Of a stretch of 64,000 bases of DNA, positions 51,283-59,703 are shown piece by piece. Positions within the stretch are counted from its first letter, which is position 1. Each line of letters begins with the position of its first letter. This DNA comes from Klebsiella phage KMI11, in the sequence record MN101225.1; one strand, 5' to 3'. The notes beneath the pieces were generated by a model. It searched no databases. It saw only the letters and a list, made by a program, of their open reading frames with translations, and had not been told where the DNA came from. The position numbers and the translations under genes were made by a program.

Positions 51283-51755
51283 AGTGTCCTCCACATTTAG
51301 TTGAAAGCTTCTGCGATTGGTTCAGTAATTCTGGCGAGCAAGATTTCTATGAAGCCCATCAGAATGGAACTTGGAATGAAACCACAAAACAGTGGGAAGA
51401 AGCTACAACGTATATAGGCACTCGCGGATATGGAGTTGACGAGCCTATTGAAATTGTAGAGTACGATAAAGAAACTGATGAAGAAATACTTTATGCTAAT
51501 GATACCAGAGAACGTTTATGGCGAGAATCTGAATTAGAAGCAGAAGTTATTCGTCTTAAAGAAGAATTAAAAGGACCAACGGGTTTTGCTACGTGGAAAG
51601 ACGCTGCTATTTCTGAACGTTTAGCACGGGTAAAATTGATGCCAGAGGGTAAAATCTCGTACTTACAAGCTGCATCCAAGTTCCATTCTACTGAGTGGAA
51701 TACTATGGACGTAATTACCGCATACATGCATGGTTGGAATAAAGAATCTAATTAA
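51264..51755 (+). CDS. hypothetical protein
   Basis: 163-aa ORF. Confidence 0.4.
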   Translation: MAEIVIKCPPHLVESFCDWFSNSGEQDFYEAHQNGTWNETTKQWEEATTYIGTRGYGVDEPIEIVEYDKETDEEILYANDTRERLWRESELEAEVIRLKEELKGPTGFATWKDAAISERLARVKLMPEGKISYLQAASKFHSTEWNTMDVITAYMHGWNKESN

Positions 51756-51763
51756 GAGGAAAT

Positions 51764-52126
51764 ATGAAAGCATATCAAATTCTTGAAGGTGAACTTAAAG
51801 GCACCATTTACATCGAAGATGGTGATGACGCACGAGTAATCGTTTCAAAAGTTCTTAAAGAAGATACTATTACGGATGCTGAAACTTTTTATGGCTACAA
51901 GGCTCGTGAAGTAGAAATTGAATACCAGCCAACGGTAAAAATTGAAGGCGGTCAGCACCTGAACGTTAACGTGCTGCGTCGCGAAACCCTGCTGGACGCG
52001 GTTGAGCATCCGGAAAAATATCCGCAGCTGACCATTCGTGTTTCTGGCTACGCGGTACGCTTCAACTCCCTGACGTCGGAACAGCAGCGCGACGTTATCG
52101 CTCGTACTTTCACAGAGGCACTATAA
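51764..52126 (+). CDS. autonomous glycyl-radical cofactor (GrcA/YfiD-like)
   Basis: The C-terminal ~60 aa ([55 protein letters not shown]) is nearly identical to E. coli GrcA, including the RVSGYAV glycyl radical motif. That segment is visibly GC-richer with E. coli-like codons. Confidence 0.75.
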   Translation: MKAYQILEGELKGTIYIEDGDDARVIVSKVLKEDTITDAETFYGYKAREVEIEYQPTVKIEGGQHLNVNVLRRETLLDAVEHPEKYPQLTIRVSGYAVRFNSLTSEQQRDVIARTFTEAL

Positions 52127-52401
52127 TGTCAATTGAAGATATTAAAGGATATAAGCCACATACCGATGAAAAGATTGGTAAAGTGAATGCTATCAAAGAC
52201 GCAGAAGTCCGTCTTGGTCTTATCTTTACTGCTCTTGAAGAAGAGGCATTAATTAATTACCAAGTGTCAGTCAATGAACCTAAGCAGGTACTCGATGAAG
52301 CATACGAACGTATTGCCCAGATTCGTACAGCAAAACAGAAACTGAAGGAAGCTTCTATGTGGGCTTGCCGTGCAGTGTTCTGTCCAGAAGAAAAATATTA
52401 A
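52126..52401 (+). CDS. hypothetical protein
   Basis: 91-aa ORF. Confidence 0.4.
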   Translation: MSIEDIKGYKPHTDEKIGKVNAIKDAEVRLGLIFTALEEEALINYQVSVNEPKQVLDEAYERIAQIRTAKQKLKEASMWACRAVFCPEEKY

Positions 52402-52440
52402 AAAGTAGTTTACTTTCCTTACGGGCCATGATACTATGGC
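52401..52440 (+). promoter_or_regulatory. early promoter with its -10 inside an inverted repeat
   Basis: AAAAGTAGTTTAC...GGGCCAT-GATACT-ATGGCCC. -35 at 52408-52413 and TACTAT at 52432-52437. Confidence 0.5.
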
Positions 52441-52464
52441 CCTACAAATAAAGGAGAATGAACT

Positions 52465-52923
52465 ATGTCAACTAACCCAGAAGTATTCATTCGCAGAACT
52501 AAACTGCGTCGTAAGTTTGAGGAAGCTTTTCGCTCTTTGAATTTATCAGTTCGTGCCCGAGCTAAGGCTGAGGGCAAAGAGCCTTTCTTCACTAAGTACT
52601 CTGATCATTTGTTGGACCGTGCTATCCAACGTGAAATTGATGAAGAGTATGTATTCTCTGTTCTTTCCAAAATTCCTAATCATCTTAAAGAAATTAATGA
52701 ATTTTTAGCAATGCCTTGGCTTCCAATTGACCCAAAAGACATTGATGAAAATATCGAGTATAAGCCAATGCGGTTAGAAATTACGGATGGAAATCTGTGG
52801 CTAGGATTTACCATGGATATTCCAAGACCAGGAAAAGGACCTAGTATAAAGTGTCGTATGGCATTCGTTAATGATAAACGTTTGAAAGGTAAAATCAGCA
52901 CAAAAGTTATACACATTAATTGA
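52465..52923 (+). CDS. regB: RegB sequence-specific endoribonuclease
   Basis: EVFIRR.KLRR.FE..FR and HLLDRAIQREIDE.YVF and RLEITDGNLWLGFT are collinear with T4 RegB. 152 aa versus 153. Confidence 0.8.
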   Translation: MSTNPEVFIRRTKLRRKFEEAFRSLNLSVRARAKAEGKEPFFTKYSDHLLDRAIQREIDEEYVFSVLSKIPNHLKEINEFLAMPWLPIDPKDIDENIEYKPMRLEITDGNLWLGFTMDIPRPGKGPSIKCRMAFVNDKRLKGKISTKVIHIN

Positions 52924-52930
52924 GGTAAAC

Positions 52931-53476
52931 ATGAAAAAAGCGCTTATCGGTCTAATGGCCTTGTGTTCAACGGCCTTTGGGTCTGAGCCAACTTTCAGTA
53001 ATGTTCAACTTGACAACTTACATTACGCATATAATTTTGGTGAACAATATCAAAAATCCGGAAAGGAAAAATCTCCGCATAACCGATACGATAATAACGG
53101 CTTAGGATATATAATGGCTGCTATATCATGGAAAGAATCTTCGGCAGGAGCCAATTTAAAAGCAGGAAAGGGGCATCATTCTTATGGGGTTTTTCAAAAT
53201 TACTTACCCACCGTTAAGGCCAGAGCTAAACTGGAAGGTAAAAACCTTAGTGATTCTGAAATAAGAAAAATGCTTAAATCCAGACGTAATTCTGCGGAGT
53301 GGGCATATATTGAGCTTTCATATTGGTTAAATATACATAACGGCAATATGCGAAAAGCTCTTGCTAGTTATAACGCAGGATGGAATGTCAAAAGAGGAAA
53401 CTCTTATGCGTCAGATGTCCTAGAGAAAGCTCATTTCTTAAAGAAACATAAAATGCTACATATAAAGGTGGAATAA
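52931..53476 (+). CDS. secreted/periplasmic protein with an SLT-like (lytic transglycosylase) motif set
   Basis: Signal peptide MKKALIGLMALCSTAFG. ISWKESS...GVFQN and ASYNAGWN resemble the SLT ES...G(L/V)(M/F)Q...AYNAG motifs. Confidence 0.45.
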   Translation: MKKALIGLMALCSTAFGSEPTFSNVQLDNLHYAYNFGEQYQKSGKEKSPHNRYDNNGLGYIMAAISWKESSAGANLKAGKGHHSYGVFQNYLPTVKARAKLEGKNLSDSEIRKMLKSRRNSAEWAYIELSYWLNIHNGNMRKALASYNAGWNVKRGNSYASDVLEKAHFLKKHKMLHIKVE

Positions 53477-53796
53477 TGATAAAGTACGCCGCGCTTCTTG
53501 GATTAGTATTGGCATTCTCTGTTAATGCTGAAAATTCAATGTCGGATTCACTTCGTATTGCTAAAACATTTTGTAATACGAATTCTGAATGTGTTGATAT
53601 ATTAGCGCTTGAATTAGATTCGGCATTCAGCGATGGAGTAAAAGATTCACGTAGCCCGGCTCAGTGGACAACACTAATAAATCGTAAGGCTAAGAGCATG
53701 AAAGATTTATGTGTCAATGCTCCTAACGAAAATATATGTTTAATGTATCGTGACCAATTAATGGCTCGTTATATGTCAGGACTATCGTCAAAATGA
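53476..53796 (+). CDS. small secreted Cys-containing protein
   Basis: Signal peptide MIKYAALLGLVLAFSVNA and 4 Cys residues. Confidence 0.45.
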   Translation: MIKYAALLGLVLAFSVNAENSMSDSLRIAKTFCNTNSECVDILALELDSAFSDGVKDSRSPAQWTTLINRKAKSMKDLCVNAPNENICLMYRDQLMARYMSGLSSK

Positions 53797-54185
53797 AAAA
53801 AGCAGCTATTTTATTATGCTGTGCATTTTCAGTTAATGCCTGGGAAAAGCTCCCAGGCTATCCTGAACCTGTACTAGCGGCGCAGGGGACTAAAATAGAA
53901 AGCAACGGTCCATTCAAGAACAATATTGAAATAGCATTTGTGCCTAGTAGTAGAAAACTGCTAATGTCATTTTATAATTATCAAGATAAAGATGACCAGG
54001 TGATAGTTCCACATGTTGAGTATAATGCTCGCGGATGTGGAATGCAGAGTGACGGTGTTTCTGTTGATGGAGTAATGCATCCTAAAGAACAAGGAGTGCT
54101 GAACCCTATCCTTAATTGTAACAATGCTATATTTTTAAGAGTATACAATAATCTTAATGAATATGCAACATATAAAATTCCATAG
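53793..54185 (+). CDS. small secreted protein
   Basis: Signal peptide MKKAAILLCCAFSVNA. Confidence 0.45.
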   Translation: MKKAAILLCCAFSVNAWEKLPGYPEPVLAAQGTKIESNGPFKNNIEIAFVPSSRKLLMSFYNYQDKDDQVIVPHVEYNARGCGMQSDGVSVDGVMHPKEQGVLNPILNCNNAIFLRVYNNLNEYATYKIP

Positions 54186-54193
54186 GTGAATAA

Positions 54194-54661
54194 ATGATTA
54201 CTGGATATATTAAGGGTAATATTGTAGAATTATTCATGAAGCATGAATGCGATATCGCTCATGGGTGTAATTGCTTTACTACAATGGGTGCTGGTGTAGC
54301 AGGACAACTTGCTAAAGCATATCCTCCAATTCTCGATATTGACATCGATGAAGACCGTTATTATGACAACAATTTAGCTAAGCTTGGAACTCATACTCGA
54401 GCCATTCACAAAAAAGGCACTGCATATTGCTATAATTTGTATACTCAGTATGCTCCAGGTCCAAATGTTGATTACGGCGCAATTTTTAATGCATTCCATG
54501 AACTAAATTCTGGTCGTATTGTTTATAATCGTCCTCTATACATTCCAAAAATTGGAGCTGGTATTGCTGGCGGTGATTGGGAACTAATTGAGAAATTAAT
54601 CAATTTAGCAACACCTGATATTGACATTATGGTGGTAGAATATGAAGAAGCTAAAAGCTAA
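54194..54661 (+). CDS. macrodomain protein (TARG1/Poa1p/DarG-like ADP-ribose hydrolase fold)
   Basis: HGCNCFTTMGAGVAGQLAKAYP (NC..MG.G(I/V)A motif) and IPKIGAGIAGGDWE (compare TARG1 MPRIGCGLDRLQW). 155 aa. Confidence 0.6.
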   Translation: MITGYIKGNIVELFMKHECDIAHGCNCFTTMGAGVAGQLAKAYPPILDIDIDEDRYYDNNLAKLGTHTRAIHKKGTAYCYNLYTQYAPGPNVDYGAIFNAFHELNSGRIVYNRPLYIPKIGAGIAGGDWELIEKLINLATPDIDIMVVEYEEAKS

Positions 54662-54852
54662 ATCCGTCTTGTTAGAGGTAAATAGATGATTACTGAAGAG
54701 CAAAAAACTAAACTGTGGCAGTTGATTGACGATTATGCAGGTGCCGAGCAAGTAGTAGCTATTAGTGCCATTTACGGAAATGGTCTACCTGAAGAATACG
54801 ATGAACTCATTCGTTCTAAGAATGCTATTTCTGATTTTATGGAGACACTTTA

Positions 54853-55452
54853 ATGGCACAGCTTTATTTCAACTACGCGAGCATGAATGCAGGCAAATCG
54901 GCTAATCTTCTTACCGCGGCGCATAATTACAAAGAACGAGGAATGGGAACTCTCATTCTTAAACCTGCTATTGATACTCGTGATTCTGCCACCGAGGTAA
55001 CATCACGTATTGGTCTTCGTCATGAAGCTAATACAGTAGACGAATCTATTGATATCCTTGAGTTTTTCAAGTGGGCACAAACACAACGTGATATTCATTG
55101 TGTGTTCGTTGATGAAGCCCAATTTTTAACTACTGAGCATGTTGTTCAGCTGTGTAAGATTGTTGACCTGTATGATGTTCCGGTAATGGCATATGGTCTT
55201 CGCACTGATTTTCGCGGAGAGTTATTCGAAGGTTCTAAAGCACTGTTGGCTGTTGCTGATAAACTGGTCGAGCTTAAGGGGGTTTGCCATTGCGGCCGTA
55301 AAGCTACTATGGTTGCTCGTATTGATGAAAACGGAAATGCTATTACCGATGGTGAAGTAGTAGAACTTGGTGGTGAAGATAAGTATGTTTCTCTTTGCCG
55401 TAAGCATTGGTTTGAACTAATTGGTGTTTATAATGAAGCCAAGAACGTATAA
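54853..55452 (+). CDS. tk: thymidine kinase
   Basis: P-loop MNAGKSANLL, FVDEAQF, and a C-terminal zinc ribbon CHCGRKA...LCRKH. Confidence 0.9.
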   Translation: MAQLYFNYASMNAGKSANLLTAAHNYKERGMGTLILKPAIDTRDSATEVTSRIGLRHEANTVDESIDILEFFKWAQTQRDIHCVFVDEAQFLTTEHVVQLCKIVDLYDVPVMAYGLRTDFRGELFEGSKALLAVADKLVELKGVCHCGRKATMVARIDENGNAITDGEVVELGGEDKYVSLCRKHWFELIGVYNEAKNV

Positions 55453-55911
55453 CACTATCCTGATGCTAATCGTAGGTATGCTATTCATTTGGATTGCTGC
55501 AGCAGCGTCTGTACAAAGCGACAGACGAGAAGAAGCACAAAATCGTCTTGATTCTAGCTGTAAAGTATTAGCACAAGGTAAAGACTTTATTGCTAATATG
55601 AATGGGTGTTATATTAAACATGAGTAGCTTATTTGCCATAGCAAGTGGTATAGTACTAGTACTCATAATTGGATTCTTGCTGTACGTAATATTGCTTTCG
55701 TTGATGGTTTAATATGAAAAAATATGTGATGTGCTACCGTTGTCTTCATGTATATGATTACAACACTGCTCCAAAGACAGCTACCAAGCGTCTTAAGAAT
55801 AAAGAACCTGAATGCCCCAAATGTAAATGTAAGGTAATCTATTCATGAATATTAAATTTTTTAAATCAGGATTTTACTATCGTTGAGGTACTTTAACTTA
55901 GCGAGGTAATA

Positions 55912-56295
55912 ATGTCTAGAACAATTCGCCGTAAAGGCTGGCATGTAGTAAAATCTTCCAAATGGAACGATCAGAATAATAACGAATTTGCTTATATTAA
56001 AAGCTATAACGAATACGTTAAAACTCAGAAAGATAAAGAAACCCAACAGAAATATGTTGAACTGCGTATTTCTGAAAATCGGGAAAGACCGCTAGAGGCC
56101 AAGAAACTGATTGCTAAATCAAAGCGCGATGGATTCTGGAAAACTCTACGTTGGACCCGTTATGCTATGCCGATCCCACGTCTATTTCATAAAGCCGAAA
56201 TTAAACGCGCATTGAAGTATGACGAAGAATATAACTGGGACGAAGCTGGTGCTAGAACTATTGAGCAAGGCATCTGCGAATGGCTTTGGGATTAA
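55912..56295 (+). CDS. hypothetical basic protein
   Basis: 127-aa ORF with an AGCGAGGTAATAATG RBS. Confidence 0.45.
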   Translation: MSRTIRRKGWHVVKSSKWNDQNNNEFAYIKSYNEYVKTQKDKETQQKYVELRISENRERPLEAKKLIAKSKRDGFWKTLRWTRYAMPIPRLFHKAEIKRALKYDEEYNWDEAGARTIEQGICEWLWD

Positions 56296-56309
56296 GTAAC
56301 ACATACTTA

Positions 56310-56317
56310 TATAAATA
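56310..56317 (+). promoter_or_regulatory. late promoter TATAAATA
   Basis: TATAAATA about 20 nt upstream of the 56336 ORF. Confidence 0.45.
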
Positions 56318-56335
56318 CTATTACTAACTGATGAG

Positions 56336-56554
56336 GTGTATATGCAGCATTTAAGTGAAAAGCAACTTCGTAATCTTACTGTAGAACAACTGGACGAACT
56401 TCGTCGTGAGATTGGGCATGGTATTTCGCACCTTCAGGAAGAAATTCGTCAGCACAGTTCAAAAGCAGATTATACCCGTAAACGTAAGCTGGAAAAATAC
56501 CTCAAAGAAGTTAAGGCTGTACTTCAGCACAAACGTAATACTGGACAAAAATAA
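56336..56554 (+). CDS. hypothetical protein
   Basis: 72-aa ORF with a TGAGGTGTATATG RBS. Confidence 0.45.
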   Translation: MYMQHLSEKQLRNLTVEQLDELRREIGHGISHLQEEIRQHSSKADYTRKRKLEKYLKEVKAVLQHKRNTGQK

Positions 56555-56565
56555 TAGGAGGCCGT

Positions 56566-56853
56566 ATGGCCTTTAAACCAATTTGCTTAGCCCTAGTGTT
56601 GGGCTGCGGGATTTCATTCCCAGCTGCATCACACGACGACATTTCGGATTATAACTCGTATGTTGAGGGAGCTCTACAAGTTTATGCTAAATTTAAGGAG
56701 CCTAGTAAGCAAGAGTCTGAACAGTTCTATTCTTTCATACAAAGTAAATGGAAGAGTGAGTCTTGTTCTAAAGATTGTGATTCTTTAGGACGTTCAGCAG
56801 GTGAAGAATATGCTAACCGCATGAGGATACAACTCGATAATGAAGTTCAATGA
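56566..56853 (+). CDS. rI: RI lysis-inhibition regulator (antiholin), periplasmic
   Basis: N-terminal signal-anchor MAFKPICLALVLG. SEQFYSF and the overall 95-aa size match T4 RI. Located downstream of tk as in T4. Confidence 0.65.
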   Translation: MAFKPICLALVLGCGISFPAASHDDISDYNSYVEGALQVYAKFKEPSKQESEQFYSFIQSKWKSESCSKDCDSLGRSAGEEYANRMRIQLDNEVQ

Positions 56854-57226
56854 TTTTGTAAAGGACGGTAAACTTACTCCACAAGATGAATTCATCGGTT
56901 TACTTATGGCGTCTCAGGCGTATTTTCATTCAGCGCATTTTGATACCAAATCGTATGCCAGACATAAAGCGTATGAAGTTTTCTTTAACGAGATTCCAGA
57001 TTTGATAGATGCTTTTGGTGAGCAGTGGTTAGGATTCTCAGGTAAGAGTTATACACCGGCTTTACCATCACAGAAAGAGCTGCCAAAGGACACCATTGAA
57101 ATGCTAGACCTCATTCTGGCTAAGGCCGATGGTATCTACAAGTCAGTTCCTGCCGCCCTCCAAAGTGTTCTGGATGACATTACAGGTCTATGCTACAAGA
57201 CTAAGTATTTGTTATCATTGCAGTAA
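56840..57226 (+). CDS. hypothetical protein
   Basis: 128-aa ORF followed by a terminator. Confidence 0.45.
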   Translation: MKFNDFVKDGKLTPQDEFIGLLMASQAYFHSAHFDTKSYARHKAYEVFFNEIPDLIDAFGEQWLGFSGKSYTPALPSQKELPKDTIEMLDLILAKADGIYKSVPAALQSVLDDITGLCYKTKYLLSLQ

Positions 57227-57227
57227 T

Positions 57228-57252
57228 ACCCTCCGCCTCCTTCGGGAGGCAT
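57228..57252 (+). terminator. rho-independent terminator
   Basis: GCCTCC-TTCG-GGAGGC hairpin followed by ATTTTCTTTT. Confidence 0.6.
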
Positions 57253-57261
57253 TTTCTTTTC

Positions 57262-57300
57262 AAAAAGTTGTTTACTTCCCTTCATTACATGATACTATAG
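57262..57300 (+). promoter_or_regulatory. T4-type early promoter
   Basis: AAAAAGTTGTTTAC at -35 (57270-57275), a 17-nt spacer, and TACTAT at 57293-57298. Confidence 0.55.
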
Positions 57301-57330
57301 ACATATCAACAACCAAACGAGAAAAACATT

Positions 57331-57819
57331 ATGATTAAGTTAACTACCGAGCTTCAACCTGGAAAAATCTTTTATCACGTGTGTGGTGTTAATCGCACAG
57401 AAACTAAAAGCGGCGAAATAACGCGTTACATTGTTGCATCAGGCACGTATGATGTTGAACTTGGTCTTCGTGGTGTGTATTCGCGAAAATCTCCTTTCTT
57501 CCAGGTGATTTGCGAATATGAAAACTATGCTGGCCAAACTGAAAGCTATTCAACTGAGCGTTCTGCACATGATATGGGCGTATTCAAGCCAGGTGAAAAA
57601 CGTTCGGTTCATAATCTTAATCGTGGGTTTTGGACACGTGAAGAAGCTGAACAGTTCATTAAAGAATTGCAAGAAGATAAGTTCAGCGATCCAGATGATC
57701 AAGCATATGCAGACAGACTGACCCCTTCTGAAGATTTCCGCCGTCAACAAGAATTTATGGATTCTTATCTTGACAGTTGTGATTATGATTACTACGACTT
57801 TGATGATGGCGAAGAATGA
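57331..57819 (+). CDS. hypothetical protein with an acidic C-terminus
   Basis: 162-aa ORF with a GAGAAAAACATTATG RBS. Confidence 0.5.
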   Translation: MIKLTTELQPGKIFYHVCGVNRTETKSGEITRYIVASGTYDVELGLRGVYSRKSPFFQVICEYENYAGQTESYSTERSAHDMGVFKPGEKRSVHNLNRGFWTREEAEQFIKELQEDKFSDPDDQAYADRLTPSEDFRRQQEFMDSYLDSCDYDYYDFDDGEE

Positions 57820-57910
57820 GAAACGTTTTACTTATCATCTATATTGTGGTACAATACCAGCATCCGATGTTTACATATAATTTGGTGCAAATGATTCTGG
57901 AGAGTTTGAA

Positions 57911-58177
57911 ATGAATGGATGGGGTCCATCAGATGACGGATTTGCAACTCGTGAAGCTACAATAGCTGACGGGATTGAATGGGCCCGTCTTCAGAAACAA
58001 CTCCAAGAACAGCGGGAATCCGAAGAGTTCTGTGTTGATTGTGATGAGGAAATCCCAGTAGCTCGTCGTCTGTTGGTTAAAGGCTGTCAACGGTGTGTAG
58101 AATGTCAAGGAAAGTGGGATACAGTAATGACTTCTGCCTATAATCGTCGCGGTTCAAAAGATTCACAATTGAGGTAA
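57911..58177 (+). CDS. DksA/TraR-family C4 zinc-finger protein
   Basis: CVDCDEEIPVARRLLVKGCQRCVECQ gives a CxxC-x17-CxxC spacing with the EIP..R...P...C..C signature. Confidence 0.55.
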   Translation: MNGWGPSDDGFATREATIADGIEWARLQKQLQEQRESEEFCVDCDEEIPVARRLLVKGCQRCVECQGKWDTVMTSAYNRRGSKDSQLR

Positions 58178-58179
58178 TT

Positions 58180-58371
58180 ATGGAAAGTATTCTTGATAGT
58201 ACCAATTTAGATAATCCGTACAGCGATGTGCATGTAAAGGTTGTGAATTCGTATTTCACTAAAAAGTTGAGTCGTATCGTGCTAAAACAAGGCAATGATA
58301 TAATTCATCTTGACACTAAACAAATTGATTCATTAATTCAATTCTTGATAGAGGCAAAAGATGGCGAGTAA
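58180..58371 (+). CDS. hypothetical protein
   Basis: 63-aa ORF, ATGA-coupled. Confidence 0.35.
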   Translation: MESILDSTNLDNPYSDVHVKVVNSYFTKKLSRIVLKQGNDIIHLDTKQIDSLIQFLIEAKDGE

Positions 58372-58585
58372 ATTAGTATGGGACGGAAAATCCCGTAAAG
58401 GCGATGCAGTAATTGAAGATGAAAGCCCGCATGTTATTGATTTGTATCTTACGGTATTCCACACGTATGAACATAATACTATCATCGAAATTGAACGTGG
58501 CGCAGCTTGTGTAGCTATTGATAAAAGCGACGCTATTGAACTGGTCAAATATCTTACCGCAATGATTCCAACTATGAAGGACTGA
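58361..58585 (+). CDS. hypothetical protein
   Basis: 74-aa ORF. Confidence 0.35.
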   Translation: MASKLVWDGKSRKGDAVIEDESPHVIDLYLTVFHTYEHNTIIEIERGAACVAIDKSDAIELVKYLTAMIPTMKD

Positions 58586-58587
58586 TA

Positions 58588-59088
58588 ATGAATATTAATA
58601 AAAACTCTTGGCATTTCAAAATGAACCTGTGGTTTAAATCTGACAACATGTGGAAAATGCCAAAAACTCTATGTGGATACTTCTGGACAACAGTACTTCA
58701 TGTTCTATTCTCTTCAGCGATTATCACATTCATCGGTTCTGTTGCATGGATGTTCGGTTGGCCGATTGTGGCAGAGACAGGAATTCTCGCTTGGATAGGT
58801 ATTAGTTTATCCGCGTTTTGGTTAAACGTTGTGGCAGTACCAGTTGGCGCAGTGGTTATAGCAGCATTTGTGCTTTTATTTGCAGCTATAGCGTTTGGAT
58901 TTATTTTTGGTTTAGAAAAATTTAAACACTACCGCAATCAGAAACAGTATACCAAAAAACTGGCTCGAGTAAAAGCGGGTCTTCCGGCAGAAGCCGAACC
59001 ATCGGTATTTGTCCAGTATTTAAAAGCCCGTAAGCGGAAAGTCTGCCCAATGATTGATTATGTAGAAGGTAAAACTAGTGAAGAATGA
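58588..59088 (+). CDS. integral membrane protein
   Basis: Three or four hydrophobic helices. Confidence 0.45.
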   Translation: MNINKNSWHFKMNLWFKSDNMWKMPKTLCGYFWTTVLHVLFSSAIITFIGSVAWMFGWPIVAETGILAWIGISLSAFWLNVVAVPVGAVVIAAFVLLFAAIAFGFIFGLEKFKHYRNQKQYTKKLARVKAGLPAEAEPSVFVQYLKARKRKVCPMIDYVEGKTSEE

Positions 59089-59299
59089 TCAAGTTTATAT
59101 CGTGAACGGCCTTCGGGCCGTATTTCGTGCTAAAACCGAACGTGGTATAATTTCTACATACCCTATTGCCGAATTTACTTTTGATGACGGCGAAAAGGTT
59201 ACAGTTAAATTTATTCCTTTGACTGGCAAGTACAGCGGCAAAGATAACATTGATTTAGACATATATTATGAGGGCGGGTCATGGAAATTGAACTCGTAA
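59078..59299 (+). CDS. hypothetical protein
   Basis: 73-aa ORF. Confidence 0.35.
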   Translation: MKNDQVYIVNGLRAVFRAKTERGIISTYPIAEFTFDDGEKVTVKFIPLTGKYSGKDNIDLDIYYEGGSWKLNS

Positions 59300-59703
59300 C
59301 TACTAAGAAAAAACTTAGTATGAGCATTGTGAAACAGATGCCATTAGCTTCAGCCGAAAACATTAAATTCGCAATGATGGACCCGGAATCACGGGTACTA
59401 GGATATATCAATGCATTTCGCTGGAACAGACTTGACATTCAGGTGGCAATCATTAGCACAGGAATTGATTGGGCATTAGTTCCTATGTATGAAACAACAT
59501 TACGCGAAGAAACCTGTCGTGAGCAGCATCCTGATGGACAAGAGTATCATACTCATGAGGTAGTGTATTATTACACCAGTCAAAAAATTGGTAATGTTTA
59601 TCGTACATCAAAAAGAACTACAGATAAAACTCGAGCAGAAGAAGCCGCCAAGCGTTCTAATGCATTAGTTAAATTCGCTAAAGGGAATCATATTTACTTA
59701 TGA
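59281..59703 (+). CDS. hypothetical protein
   Basis: 140-aa ORF. Confidence 0.4.
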   Translation: MEIELVTTKKKLSMSIVKQMPLASAENIKFAMMDPESRVLGYINAFRWNRLDIQVAIISTGIDWALVPMYETTLREETCREQHPDGQEYHTHEVVYYYTSQKIGNVYRTSKRTTDKTRAEEAAKRSNALVKFAKGNHIYL

